Shown here one piece after another: positions 45,243 through 57,859 of a DNA stretch of 64,000 bases. The notes below the pieces were generated by a model. It saw only the letters and a list, made by a program, of their open reading frames with translations, was not told the origin of the DNA and searched no databases. Each line of letters starts with the position of its first letter. Positions within the stretch are counted from its first letter, which is position 1. The stretch is from the NCBI RefSeq assembly GCF_009914755.1, contig NC_060947.1; one strand, written 5' to 3'. Position numbers and translations under genes: made by a program. The DNA is from the human T2T-CHM13v2.0 reference genome, Homo sapiens.

Positions 45243-47004
45243 CTGTGGTTCAGAGTCCAGGGCCCTCACTGGGAAGCCCCACCCTGCCTATGTTCCCAAC
45301 TGCATGAAATACTAGCCCTGCCAAGCTTAGTCCCTGCCCTGCTCCCTGCTGAAATCTGCCCACCACTGCCACCAGGTATCTATCCTAAGGCTCTAAGAAA
45401 GGTTATCTGCACTCTCTTGGATAACGATCAGCAGCTCTCACAGGCGAATCTGATAGACCATGCCAAAAAGATTCTAAAGAGGATCAATGAAACAGAAGCA
45501 GAAGTGGTGAATTCCCACAAGGCAAAAGAGAAATGTTCCCTACCCAAATAAAAAAATTAAAAAAAAAAAAAACAAAAACCATTCCCTACTTCTGTTTCCT
45601 GATGGCTGCCTGTCCCTGCATTCCATCAGGTCTATTCTGAGGCAAATATCTCCGAGAGGCCCACACATTAATCCATTATTGACCATGGCACCTTATACAG
45701 AGGTAGTTTATCAGCTCCTACCCTCAAAGTTTTTCTGAGAGGAGATGCACATCTCTGAGAAAAAGGGCAATGCTGGGGGCTTGGACCACTGCCCAGAGCA
45801 GCAGGTCTGGGCCCCGAAGCCCCAGGTGTATGCTGAGAGTGCCAGGTATCTAAGCAGAAGAGAGTCAGGGCCACAGAGGCCAAGCCCATAGGCCTATGCT
45901 GCAGTCCTGCCTTTGCTTGCCTCTGCTCTTCTCTACTATCTCAATGTACAAATTTGAAAAGAGAACATTTTACAAGAATATTATAAACTTACATTTTCAG
46001 AGTTTCCAGTTGTCAGAGCCTAGAAGGGACCTCAGAGACCAATATATGAACAAATGAGTGAGATACAGGTAGGTGAAGTGAGTTGCCCAAGTTACTTGGC
46101 TAGTGAGGATCAGGCCTAGCTTCTCCTTACTTCCCTAAGTAAGAGCCAGATGGCCCTTCCCTGGTGCAAGGAAATCAATTATTTACTTGATTGCTGCAAG
46201 CTTTAGACTGAACGTTCCTTGAGAAATAGGATCGTTCATTAAATTATTCAGCAAACATCTATTGCACTTGGCAGGAGCTGATGTGGAGGCAGGGAAGCAA
46301 ACAAGTAACAACTTGACAGGAGGCTACCAGTGAAGAGTAGGTATAAAGCATTTAGCACGATGCTTAGCCCCCAGTAAGTGCTCAATACATGGTGGCTTCT
46401 ACAAAAGTATTCTTCTAGTGAGATGGAAATACGGAGCTAAAGGTAGGCAAACTCATGTGACACACTGATGCAGGGTTAAGAGCAGAAGAATGATCCGATC
46501 AGAGTTTAGGAAGGTCACTCTGGCAAAACTTTGCAGGATGAGAGTTAAGAAAAAGAGATCAGTTACACTGCTCTCCAGAGGGTCCAAGTAAACAGTGATG
46601 AAAAGCTGAACTACAACCGTGAAGCTGCAGATGTAAAGAAGGGAAAGTTCCCAGAGGTAGTTCAAGACGTATAATTCCAAAGGGTGAGTGGGAGAGGTCG
46701 AGAGAGGGGAGAGGGGAGACACAAAGCCAACACCTGGTCTGGACTCTTGGGGATGCCCATGATGGCCTTTATCAGGATACAGTCTCCTAGCTGCTACTTT
46801 ATGAAAGAAGAAAATGAGGTCAAGTTAGGGAAAGTTATTTCTGGGATGCCTAAGAGACATGCGAGGGGGAAACGTCCCAGAGGTATTCGTGTTTCCAGGT
46901 TTATAGCTCAGGAGAAAGGTCTGAGCTTGAAGAACTAGCATGGACACAATCAGCCTACAGGTCAAAGCCAAAGCAGTGAGGGCTAGATAAAATGTACACA
47001 TTCA

Positions 47005-47345
47005 GAACACATGTACACAGGGAGGGGAACATCATACACCGGGGCCTGTCGGGGGGTCGGGACCTAGGGGAGGGATAGCATCAGGAGAAATACGTAATGT
47101 AGATGATGGGTTGATGGGTGCAGCAAACCACCATGGCACGTGTATACCTAGGTAACAAACCTGCACGTTCTGCACATGTACCCCAGAATTTAAAGTATAA
47201 TAAAAAAAAGAAAAAGAAAAAGAAGAAGGAAGGAAGGAAGGAAGGAGAAGAGAAAAGAGAGAAGGTAGAACACAAAAGACACAAAAGCAGAGAATTATCT
47301 CAGAGAATTATTTCATCTGAGGCATATTAAACACTAAACAAAAAA
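47005..47345 (+). mobile_element. Short L1PA (6/7-like) 3' end plus 3'-transduced flank and second poly(A)
   Basis: L1PA 3'UTR 47005-47204; TSD aaaatgtac(a/c)cattca at 46989-47004 and 47346-47361. Confidence 0.85.
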
Positions 47346-47844
47346 AAAATGTACCCATTCAACTAGTATTTATTAACACCCTATTGTTTGCCAGACACTG
47401 AAATAAGTCATAAGGCTAAAGCAGAAAACAAGAAAGAGAAGGTCCCTGCCCTCAAAGAGGTTATATTCTGATGAGGAGAGTCAGAATACACACACACACA
47501 CAAACACACACACACATACGCATACATAATGAAAGGAAAATATTAGCTAGTAAAAGCACTGAGCAAAGAATTGAATTAGGGTATGATGTGATAGACACGG
47601 GCTATGTAGTTCCTTTTTCTTTGCTCAAAGAGTTTGAAAAGCATAAGATGGGGCTGAAGACAAGGTGCAGGGACCATTTGTGGGCTGAGCACAAATGAGC
47701 AGCCCCAAGCACAGAGGGCTCAGCATCCGGCACCAAGCATGTCATATGGATTGAGACATCTAGACTCTTGGTCTACGCTCTCATTTGAAGGCCATGCCAT
47801 CACCTCCAAACTAGAACCCCCAGGAACAACTCTAGTGGTTCATT

Positions 47845-48450
47845 ATTTCATTTAGTAACTATATGTATTGAGCCCAGCAGTAGGGGATGCTGCAGGGAAC
47901 AACACCATTGAGTTCCCCACCCTCAGAAAGCTCACATTCGAATAGGAGAAGACACACACAGCACATACACATAGATACCCCACCCCCAAGTAAACAGATC
48001 TCTAAATAAAATAACTGCAAGTTGTGCTAAGTGCTGTGAAAAATATAAACAAGTGGCTAAGAATAACAGCAGGTGATCTACTCTAGATAGGATCTAGAAA
48101 GCCCCTCTGAATGAAAGCCCCTCTGGGAGTTGGCATTTGAGATGAGTCCTAGAGTGTGCCATGCAGAGGATGGTGGTGACTGCATTTCAGGCAGAGGGAA
48201 CTTGGTGTGCATAGGCTCAGAGACAGGAAAGAGCTTGATGTGTTTGAGAAACCGAAAGACAGTCAGTAAGGCCAAAAGACAGGGCTGCAGAAAAAGAGGT
48301 GATGACACTGGAAATACAAACAGACTCACATCACTCAAGGCCTTGCTGGCTGCAGTCAAATGTTTGGATCTTATTGTGAGGACAATGGCAAGCCACTGAA
48401 GGATTTTTCAAGCCAGGCGAAACCTGATCTGAGTTTCATTTTAAGGAATT
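47845..48450 (-). mobile_element. L2 fragment (other L2 pieces at ~46440-46985 and ~47360-47600)
   Basis: tatgtattgagccc...gcatttgagatgagtcct...gccactgaaggattttt...tgatctgagtttcatttt. Confidence 0.7.
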
Positions 48451-49956
48451 TCTGGGACGGGGAGGTCCTTCTTTTAGAGCATGCAGCTCCTTGAGGCCAC
48501 CCCTCCAATCACAGCGTAGTGGCCCTTTATCCCACCCACAATTAGGGTCAGGCCTCCATCTGCAAAGCAACTTTTCCTCCTTGGATCGCCTGCCTGGCCT
48601 AAGTGCTTCCCAAAAAGCCCTATAAACTCACTAAAGTGTTTCCAATAGACTTTGCGAGTGCTGGAAAAATGGATGCTTTTGTAAAAGGACACAAATAATA
48701 AAACGAAACCACTCCCTCATTTCTGATGGAAATTTCTTGCTTTCACCTCCACTGCCTTCCATTAGCCCATGGCCTGTGTAATTGTCTCTGCTCTTTACTG
48801 TCTCCATTTATTTTCCAAAACACTATGAACATGTGTATGTGACTATGAACAATAACAAAGAACTATAAATTCTTATTGATCCCAGAAGGTTGGGAATTCT
48901 AAACAATAAAAATATGTCCTCTGACTGCTTCTCTCCAAAGAACATTTTGGAGACACAAAAGAGCTTTGTTAAAACAACAAATGAGCTCTTGGGACACTCT
49001 GGGCCTAATGGTGGGCTCCAGGCCACCAGGTAGTGATGCAATAGGCGACTGCAGACACAAAGTTGGAAAGACCTCCCTGCTACCCTCTCCTGGGCTCACT
49101 TCCTCATTTCTCAGCCCACATCTTGACTGCATCAAGCGGAGTTTACTATATAGCTTTCAGCCACTATCGTTGTCAGGAGCCAGAATTCTCAGCCTAAAGA
49201 GAAAGTCCCCTTTGTCCTCCATCCATGATTTAATTTATTCTCCTAAATGCTCCATTCACTTTGTTTTCAGCCTAAGAAGTCTCACGATTGTACTAGACCC
49301 TGAATTTGAATTTCCCTGTGTTTCTGCTGTTTGGAAATTTGCCTCGGTCAGCCACTGGATAGTCCCAGAATTCAGCTTCACCTTAGAGAAAATCTTAATC
49401 ATGATTTGTTATAATATTTCCAACTACTGTCATATATTTTTCCCTCGATTCCTATATTTTCATGTCTTTCAGAATACACATATGTGTGTAAGCACATGTA
49501 TACACAGATGCATACATATCACCTTTGCTCTGATAATCGGTGAAGTTTTTACTATTTTCCAACTTCATCACATTCCTGGAGATGTCCCTCCTTTGTCCCC
49601 CAGATTTTGGTAGGGAGGACGTGCTCTTAGCGGTGCTTTTTTCTGTCTTTCTCACTCAGATGCATCATTCCTGGCATTCTGCTGATCCTTCAACCTCCTG
49701 ATTCATAAGACAATGTGACCAGCTGACTTTCTATGCTCTTGTCCCTCTGTTCTCATGTACAAACTCCTTTTATATGTAAATTCGTAACATTTACTAGAGT
49801 ATTCGTGGCCAAAACTTTACCACAAAATAATACAAACTCAAAGAAATGCCAATTCCTAATAAAAAATAGTTAACTGATTAGGAAAGAAATAGTTCTCTCT
49901 GTTCTTTGGACAACCTTGAGGGGAAAACAGGTGATTGTTAGCAGAATATGGCTTAC

Positions 49957-50087
49957 CTGAATGTATTATAATCCACCATATTTGTGTGCTTAGAGTCAGC
50001 AGCTTTAAATACCTGCTTGAGCTCTCTGGATTTTCCTTCTTCTTGCTTCAGCTTTTGTAGGGCAAGTTTGAGGTTACTGAAAGGATA
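49957..50087 (-). CDS. EFHC2: EFHC2 internal exon (131 nt, phase 0 to 2): YPFSNLKLALQKLKQEEGKSRELKQVFKAADSKHTNMVDYNTF(R); EF-hand-like region
   Basis: Acceptor ttttcccccttacAG, donor AG|GTAAGC; in frame with the previous exon; peptide recognised as EFHC2. Confidence 0.95.
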
Positions 50088-51109
50088 CTGTAAGGGGGAA
50101 ATGAAAGGAAAAACATATTTAAATATTCCTAACAGTTCAGGAGCCCAATCTTGCTGATGGCCAGCAAAGGGACTTCACACTGTGAATATGAAGTTAGCAG
50201 ATTTGTCTTTGCAAAGAAACCAACACCGAGAAGGCATGACTAGCTTTGTATCTCCTCAATTAAAGCTTCTGGACAACAGCTGACATCAGCATAGGCCCCA
50301 GCTCTGAGGGAAATGAGCTTAAGGAACACCAGGCCACAGAGATCAGAAAACAACCCCTGCTTCCATCTCAGCCTCCTCCCTCTAACCCTTGGATAGTGGC
50401 CCAATATGTTGGGAGATCCTAATGGAGAAAATGGGGATTCAAAACTGGATAAGTAGCCCTCCATTTTCTCTAGATCTTTAGAATGGGGTCCCCCTGGAAC
50501 TGCTGTCCATTAGGCAACGCACTGATGAGAGCAAGGCTGGGTATCAAAGATCCACGCAAGCACCCTAACCCTCGCACAGTCATTCTCTGGGCCGTCCACT
50601 GTTCCTGTCTCTTATCCTGTGACTAGCTTTTTGACTTGGTAAGAATACTTCTTGCATCCAGTGAAACATAAGGTCGTAAATAATTATAGGTAAGAGACCA
50701 AAAATGAGATTAAATTTTAAAATAAAAATATTGATGGCAATTTAGTCTAAAGATCCCTCTCTCCCACCAGAAAATGATCCAGGTGGTTTGGCACCTATCG
50801 CAGACCCCTACTCCTCCCACTTTTTTTGCATTTCCTTTCATCTATTTCCATGACAGGATCTATTAGCTCTTTTGAAAAGATTCCTCAGGCTGATATTAAA
50901 TAGTATAGCAATCCTTCTCTGCTTAGAATGTCTTTGTTAAGGGCAGTTTTAAAATAATGCAGTTTTGACTTGGGATGCTGATTCCAGATAATGTCCTACC
51001 CTGCTTTTATTGTCCTCAAAGGAAAAAAAAACCTTTATATCTTATATTTATGCTATATATATTTTATATTAAGGTATAGGCTCACCCTCTGATTAGAAAT
51101 AGAACTCTA

Positions 51110-51360
51110 ATTTACAATAGCAACACTGATTGAGCTTACCATGGGCCTCATGGTTAGCTCAGCGCTTCATACACATTATCACATCTAATCTTCATAGCAA
51201 TTCTATCAAACAGGCACTGTTGTTCCTCCCATTCCAAAGATGAAGAAACTGAAGTTCAGGAAAAATACAATATCTAAGGTCCCTCAGCTATTAATGTGGA
51301 GTCAGGTTCCCAAGCCAGGCCTGCTGGTCTCCAGAAATCTAAACTCCCAATTACTGAGTT
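51110..51360 (-). mobile_element. MIR SINE
   Basis: tctaatcttcatagcaattctat...cccattccaaagatgaagaaactgaagttcag. Confidence 0.72.
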
Positions 51361-51444
51361 TCTCATCTAGATTCAGTGTTTTCGAATAGCTACTGGTTCA
51401 AGGTTTTATGATAACCTGAATCCCTAAGACTACAAATGGAGAGA

Positions 51445-51942
51445 TGGCATGGCAGCCATGGAGGGCGCTTCTCAGGCCTCCTATCAAGAGAGACCCTGTG
51501 GAGAAGAGCATTGTTGGCTGACAGACTCCAGCTGCCATACCTTCCGGATTCACACAGAGTTCACAGGCAATGTCGCTGCTGGGGCCACACTCTCCCCAAG
51601 CTGTTCCCACCCAATGACACAGCACAGCAGGGGGACTAGAACCAGGTGATTCCTGCCTGACAGGGGACCTCTCTGATGGGCAGTCTGTGCTCTGGGGCTC
51701 CCCATCAGCCTGGTTGAGACTTTCTCAGAGCTGTGTTGTCAGCTGAGGCTCTCCCTACCCACCCCTCCTCCTTCCTTTCGCTCTCCTTCCATAGGGGTTC
51801 AACCTGCCTCCCGGTCTGAAGGTCCCCCCTGCCCACTCCTGCCCCCTCCCCCTTTATCCTTCTCAGAAATTTCCACCACAACATCTCTCACACTTCTCAT
51901 TCTGTCTTGGCGTCTGCTTCTCAGAGGATCCAAACTGATATG
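51445..51942 (+). mobile_element. LTR16B-like ERVL solo LTR
   Basis: gctgacagactccagctgcc...ctgtcttggcgtctgcttctcagaggatccaaactga. Confidence 0.7.
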
Positions 51943-52788
51943 AATGATGTGATGTACACAGAGACATCAATCTTAGCAACTTAACCCCAGCCATTTTATA
52001 TATAAATGAGACAAAATTGGCACTGTATGTATATAAATGGCACATAAATATTATCACTTATAGGTAAACTTTTAAAATAAAATTTTCCAGATAGATTTTT
52101 CCATATTAGGCAATGACTCCCAAATAAACATGTTTGTACACCGAACTAGTCCACATTTAAAATCAAGATTTTATCAATATGTTATTTTTACCGAACAGCA
52201 TTGCCATAATGGCACTTGCAGTAACAGTACCCATCTGCCATCTTATTTCAAAAAAAAAAACTCTTTGAGCTCACTGTTGCCAGTTTATCCTTAAATCCTT
52301 ATTTAGGCCTCAGGTGGCTACTGTTATGGGAAGTTGTAAACCCAGCAACTATTCAGTTCCCTTGAGGTTTCTGTTTGTTCAGGTCTTGGCCTTCTCTGTT
52401 GGCCTGTGCCAATTAACTGGGACGGCACAGTGTGTGGCACCAGATTTTTCTTCCTTTCCTATAGTTGTTGAATTTCTTTCTGAAAACATTGTTAGCGTCA
52501 GCAGAAAACCCAGGAAACTTGATTCAACCCTGGCCCTGCCTCCTGCCTGTGCCTGGAATCCGTGATGCTGGGCAGAAGAGAACCCAGCATGTAAACAGAG
52601 TAGACAAGAACCTGGCCTCTGTGATGGGACATGTGGCCAAGTCACACGAATCCATTATTCATGCCCACATGTGTGAATGCACAATGTACAACTGGTGGCA
52701 AGATGAAGAAGAAAAGGCCCTAGAGAAAGAAAAACACAGACTGCGGAGGGCTGAGAGGCAAGTCAAGAATTATACAAAGTAAATTCAC

Positions 52789-52985
52789 CTTATCTGTATT
52801 CTGCTCCATGTAGTTTAAGGTATACTCATCAGCATTGAGCAAACGAAATAGGTAACCATTCACATTCACCGTGACTCCAATGTACAGCTCCTCGGCCTTG
52901 ATATATTCAGATAGTTCACTTTTAAAGACTTCTTGTCCAGGCTTCTTAACGCGACTTCTTTTCAAGAACATCCCACCAGCAATTC
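52789..52985 (-). CDS. EFHC2: EFHC2 internal exon (197 nt, phase 1 to 0): (G)IAGGMFLKRSRVKKPGQEVFKSELSEYIKAEELYIGVTVNVNGYLFRLLNADEYTLNYMEQNTDK; C-terminal half of DM10 domain
   Basis: Acceptor ttttctatttttatAG, donor AAG|GTGAAT; matches ORF 52720-52971; DM10 signature GG.FL..and AD.YT..YM. Confidence 0.97.
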
Positions 52986-53194
52986 CTATAAAAAATAGAA
53001 AAGTTCATGAGCAGCCTTTATTCTTAAAAGAACCACGTGACTTGCCTTCAGAGTTACTTTATCTTCAAGCACAGACCACCATATAAGTTACCTGTGAACT
53101 CATATTGCCTGTTATTTTTGGACTTAAGGGAAGAATGAGGCAGTGAGTGAAGAAATAAGACTTCCTAGGTGAGGATGTTCAAGACAAAAAGCAA

Positions 53195-53335
53195 AGCCAG
53201 GCATGGTGGCATGTGCCTGCAGTCCCAGCAACGCAAGAGGCTGAGGCACGAGGATCACTTGAGGCCAGCAGTACAAGACCAGCCTGAGCAGCATAGCAAG
53301 ATTCCATCTCAAAAAAACAAAAAAAAGAAAAAACA
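53195..53335 (+). mobile_element. FLAM monomer
   Basis: Single Alu monomer ending agcatagcaagattccatctc plus A tail. Confidence 0.8.
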
Positions 53336-54022
53336 GAGAAAAAATGGTGTGTAATTCTAGCCTTTTCTTCTCTCTGTCTACTCCCTTCCCAGTCCAATAA
53401 ACACTTGGCAAGGACCTCCTATATATGCCCAGCAGCATACTGGGAGTGTGGAACATCAGGAAGGCACTCATCTTTAGAGCACGTTTGAACAGTACCAGTT
53501 AGAAAATTCCTCACTTGTGCTTATTTCCACCTATTTGTCCCAGATGATGTCTTATACTTAATCTGACGTGCAGATTAGGTAGCAAATGCCCTACTTCTGT
53601 AAAGGAGATTACTTAAGTGTTTAAAGATAACTATGGGAGTCCCCTTAAGTCTTTTTTTCCTACAGGTAAAATTCCTTTGCTTCTTTTAGTAATGCCTCAT
53701 ATTTCTTACTTTCCAGAACTGTCATCATTTCATCTGTTCTCTTCTAGACATTATTTGTTTTGACCTCTTGGAAAGTAGCCAGTAGAGTTGAACAGGGAAC
53801 TCCAGGATCTTCTGATACTGAACTGAAATCTACAGACCTATAAATATAGCCTGAGACCAGATAAGCTTTTTGGTCACTTCATCCCACTCCTCCTACCACA
53901 TTCAAAAATGATAGGTGGTAAAAAGACACAGGCTTCCGAGCTCTGTCATTTGTTCGCTCGCTGGGTGATCTTTAGGAGTTATTTAATCTCTCTGAATTCT
54001 TATTGGTAAAATGGGAATCAGA

Positions 54023-54477
54023 TGTGTGGAGGCCCTGAAAATGTACTTCTCAGGTCGCCTATAGTGGGGAACATAACTGATGGAAGGCCCCAGCTGCTGT
54101 GTTCTTAAATCAATCTTCAGGTGTGTGTTGAGGTCACTCTTCCCACAGGCTGCTGCCAACAGATGAGTGAGCAAGGCAGGGACAGTAAGACAGGCTCACT
54201 CCTACAAAACAAGGACTCCTCCAACTAGCAACTTTGCCTCAAGGACTCCCTGTCAACCTTGTCGAAATTTTCTTAGAATTTCACTGCAGTCTAAGACTCC
54301 CTCTTTCTTCCTTCCCTCTGTGCTTCACAAGCATCAGAACTGCACTACAGTCTGACAGCTCTCCCAGCCTCTTCTGGCTCCTTCCACATTTTCCCTCACC
54401 AGCATTCCCCCTATTAAATCTCTTGCATATTTAATCCTGTCTTGGCATTTGCTTCTTAGAGGAGCTGGACTAACACA
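54023..54477 (+). mobile_element. LTR16B-like ERVL solo LTR inserted in a MIR
   Basis: TG..CA; ctgatggaaggccccagctgc...attaaatctcttgca...tcctgtcttggcatttgcttcttagagga; MIR core on both sides. Confidence 0.72.
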
Positions 54478-54754
54478 AAACCTAACCTCATAAAGTCCTT
54501 GTAAGGATAATAGTAAGTTCTCAATCATGGCCACTAGGATTACTAGTAAGCTTGTTGTTGACTACCATCACTCCTTTCTATTTCATACATGCTGCAACTT
54601 GTTTGGCCACATCTTCCCCATTCTAAGTGTATAGAGTTGATTTTTGACCTGTAAGAGCATGACTTATATTCATCCCTAGGCAATTTCATATTTTAAGATT
54701 TGATCCATTATTCAAATCACTCTGGAGCCTTAGTTATACAAGTTATTCCTTACT

Positions 54755-54952
54755 CATTGGTGTGCTAAGTAGCTCATACCAGCTCATAGGAGCTGACAGT
54801 TGAATTTTCAGAGATTTTGCAAGCCAGTTTTTAAACTCTTGGCTGCTTGAAATTGGCCATGGTTGGGGTATTCACACCATGGAAACTGGCAAACAGTACA
54901 AATCAGGGCTTTTAAAATATTTTCAAAGAGCCAGTTAACCAGCACATCACTG
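54755..54952 (+). mobile_element. MER63A-like hAT DNA transposon
   Basis: Inverted termini cattggtgtgct / agcacatcactg; gcttgaaattggccatgg...tacaaatcagggc. Confidence 0.75.
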
Positions 54953-55612
54953 ATTATTCTTCCCAAATGCGTGTCTTCAGCACTGATAAAAGTTCTAAAC
55001 ATGTTGAGACAAAGAACAGGATCCTACAGTGCCATGATTGGGCAAGTCAATGCCTCTCCTCAGCAATGACAGTGGTACCAGCATATTACAGAGAGGCATT
55101 CTGTGGGTCTGAGTGCTGGAACCTTGGCAACAACCTCAACAGACAGAAGGACCAGATAAAGATGGACCCTGACGATTGAATTTGTGTATCTGGGATTCTT
55201 GTCTTACAGCCAAACAAAAATGTTGTAAGTAGGACTACCAAGAATACAGACTTCCTCTTGGCTTGCTGGATACAAGTAAAACTAGTGGTACTCAGACCAT
55301 GATTTTGAAGCCCTTGGGTTCCACAGAGGTACCTCAGAGGCCACAGCGGAAGTGGGGATAGTGGCAAGAAGGAGGTAACCCCAGGTCTCCCAGCCCTAAG
55401 CCAACCAAAACTGTTCCACTTCTATCATTTTAAATGTTTAGGTTCCCATTTAAGAGATCTGTAAAAAGAACCCTATTGTTCAGGGTTTTTTTTTATAAAG
55501 CCTCTATTGTAGATAATCTAAGCTACAAAATCAGATCATGTTCCCTAATTTTCAACATGAAGAGACACTTAAAATGTTCTCAAGAAAATACTGTGAAGAG
55601 TATATCTCTTAC

Positions 55613-55755
55613 CTGAATTCCTCTCTATAGGTTCAAACACTGAAATGGTGTCATCACCGAGATAATATGAAATAACAAACATCCTGTCCAAGTCAACACA
55701 TTTGTCTGTGACTAGTTTTGCAAAAAAACGGAGTATATTGCTTTTGGAGCCATAG
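55613..55755 (-). CDS. EFHC2: EFHC2 internal exon (143 nt, phase 2 to 1): (S)YGSKSNILRFFAKLVTDKCVDLDRMFVISYYLGDDTISVFEPIERNS(G); N-terminal half of DM10 domain
   Basis: Branch point CTCTAAC (55783-55777), acceptor tttctcttccatttAG, donor CAG|GTAAGA; DM10 signature LRF.A..R.F...YYL.DDTI...E...NSG. Confidence 0.97.
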
Positions 55756-57398
55756 CTAAATGGAAGAGAAATGAGAGTTAGAGCATTATACAGGTAATCT
55801 TCCACATATTATGTTTTTAAAAGTCTGCAAAAGATATAATATGGCTTTAATATAGTAGGCATAAACTGTCCAAAGTGAAAGAGTTCAACCATCGTCTAAT
55901 TAAGGTTCTAAATCTAAATGCAGAGGAATTTTCTCAGTATATTAAGATATCTCTGATTCTTTACATGTCCTGGGTAACACATTGGGAAAATGAACCCAAA
56001 ACAAACGTCATAAACACACTGTTCAAACCAGCTGCACTAACAGGCTGTTCTCTAATGACAAGGCTAGTCACCAATCACAATAATCATGCTGGAAAGAAGA
56101 GCAAGCACCTAGCCCTACTGCCTGGGCAATCCTGGGCTCTGCCAGTATCTGGGGCTACCTCCCCCATTCACCACTCACTGTCTCATGCCCTTTACTTTTC
56201 TGTCTTCCAGCCCACATCCTCCCCTCTCAGACTCACTCCTCCAGCTCCCCAGCAACCCCCCAACTTCCTTCAAGGGAAAAATTAACTTTTCCTTTTCAAA
56301 TGCTATAACAAATATGATAGACCCACCTTTTTTTTTTTTTAAATAGTGCTTATCACTCGTATTGTAAGCCATTACAAGTCTGTTTTCCAAGGACAAAGAT
56401 TGTCTTATTAACCATTATCTAATATAATACTTTTTACATTGTAAGTATTCAATAAATGTTTATGGAAAATTGTTATGAGATCTGTATTGATTGGAATTTG
56501 CACTCAGAATTCTATGCATAAATAGAATAGTCTAGTAGACTAAAGATAGGATCAAATTATAGAATTAAAAGTTACCAAAGCTGATTGCCTGGTCACTGAA
56601 GAAATTGATTTATGGTCTGTAGCAGAAGCATGTCTGTGGATATCCGCTAGTGAAAGGTGGACTTTGTAAGAAACAGTAAACCCTTGGAGAGGTCTTTGAT
56701 AACTAAAATCATTACCCCAGGGAGGTACACAGGAGAATAAACCATGTCCTCTGTCACAACTCTAAGCAGAGAAGTCTTCCCTTGCAGGGTCTCCTATACT
56801 GAAAATCATTCTTTCCTTGTGTTCACAGTGATTTAAAAAATAAACCAAGTATTTCTGATTTGCAGAGGCAAAAAGTGCTTTTCTCTGCTCCTTTCTCAGG
56901 CTGTACAAGAATCCGGGCTGAAAAAGGATAGCACCAAGATTCCTAGGCTTGAGGCCCCATGTGAGACGGTGTGCAGCAGTTTGGAAGGCTCACCCCAGAA
57001 CAGCCTGAGCAAAGCAGCCAGGTCTGCATGGCTGTTTTCTCTGTACCCAGTTTCCAGGCTTCAGACAGACCTCATATAGTGTGGGGGGAAGCTATGCCTT
57101 GTCAACCATCTTCTCTGGTATATAATTGGATTTATATGTAACAAATAGATTTGGTAGCCCCTCTCACACAAGAAAGCCATAACATTTCAGATACTAGAAA
57201 TATCACTGAAACAACTGAGGAAGGTCTAACTTCAGGAAAAGGAATATTACTGTAAATTTAACTTCTTATAATTTATAAGTGTACATGTTAAGTGTGGGTT
57301 TTTCACACGTTCAATATGCCTTTTTTTTTTCACCTAAATCTAGTGTTCTGGAGATCTCATCAATTGAGAATATAATCTACTCAATAAAACTTTTAGAA

Positions 57399-57591
57399 TA
57401 GCAGTTCACAAAGTTTATTATATATAAAAGTCACCTGGGGAGCTTGTTAAATATATAGAATCCAGAGTCCAATCCCCAGAGATATGGGGGGATTCAGTAG
57501 TTAGCTCACATCTCCAGAAACCTGCATTATTAATAAGCACCCCAGAAGATTCTGATAAGGTGGTCCCCTGGGCATACTTTGAGAAGCACTG
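57399..57591. mobile_element. MER5-type hAT-Charlie element
   Basis: tcacctggggagcttgttaaa...ctgcattattaataagcacccc...tttgagaagcactg. Confidence 0.7.
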
Positions 57592-57859
57592 CAAATGTTT
57601 TCAGATATTTCCCTAATAACTACTTTTCAAACTTCCCAGAATATTCTTTTTTATCACAATGCTCCAGCTGACCACCTACTTATACCTCCTGCATCAATTG
57701 TAAGGCCACACCCAATTTAGCTCTATATAGACTTTTACTCTTGGATGGTTGTTTTAAAAATGTGTTTATTCCCGTTGTCCCCAAACAAATTATAAGTTCC
57801 TAGGTCAAGAAGCCATGTCTTAACTTTTTCTACATACAGCCCAGAGTTATCTAAAATCA

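Noticed and set aside
45188-45307. Signal-peptide-like frame IFLGIGLSVLLLLLLLPVV
   Set aside because: Poly-Leu comes from the CTG repeat; no in-frame ATG nearby and an early stop.
48966-49613. Longest ORF in the track (215 aa, plus strand)
   Set aside because: Non-ATG start, no recognisable domain, Leu/Ser/Phe-rich composition typical of chance intronic ORFs, antisense to EFHC2.
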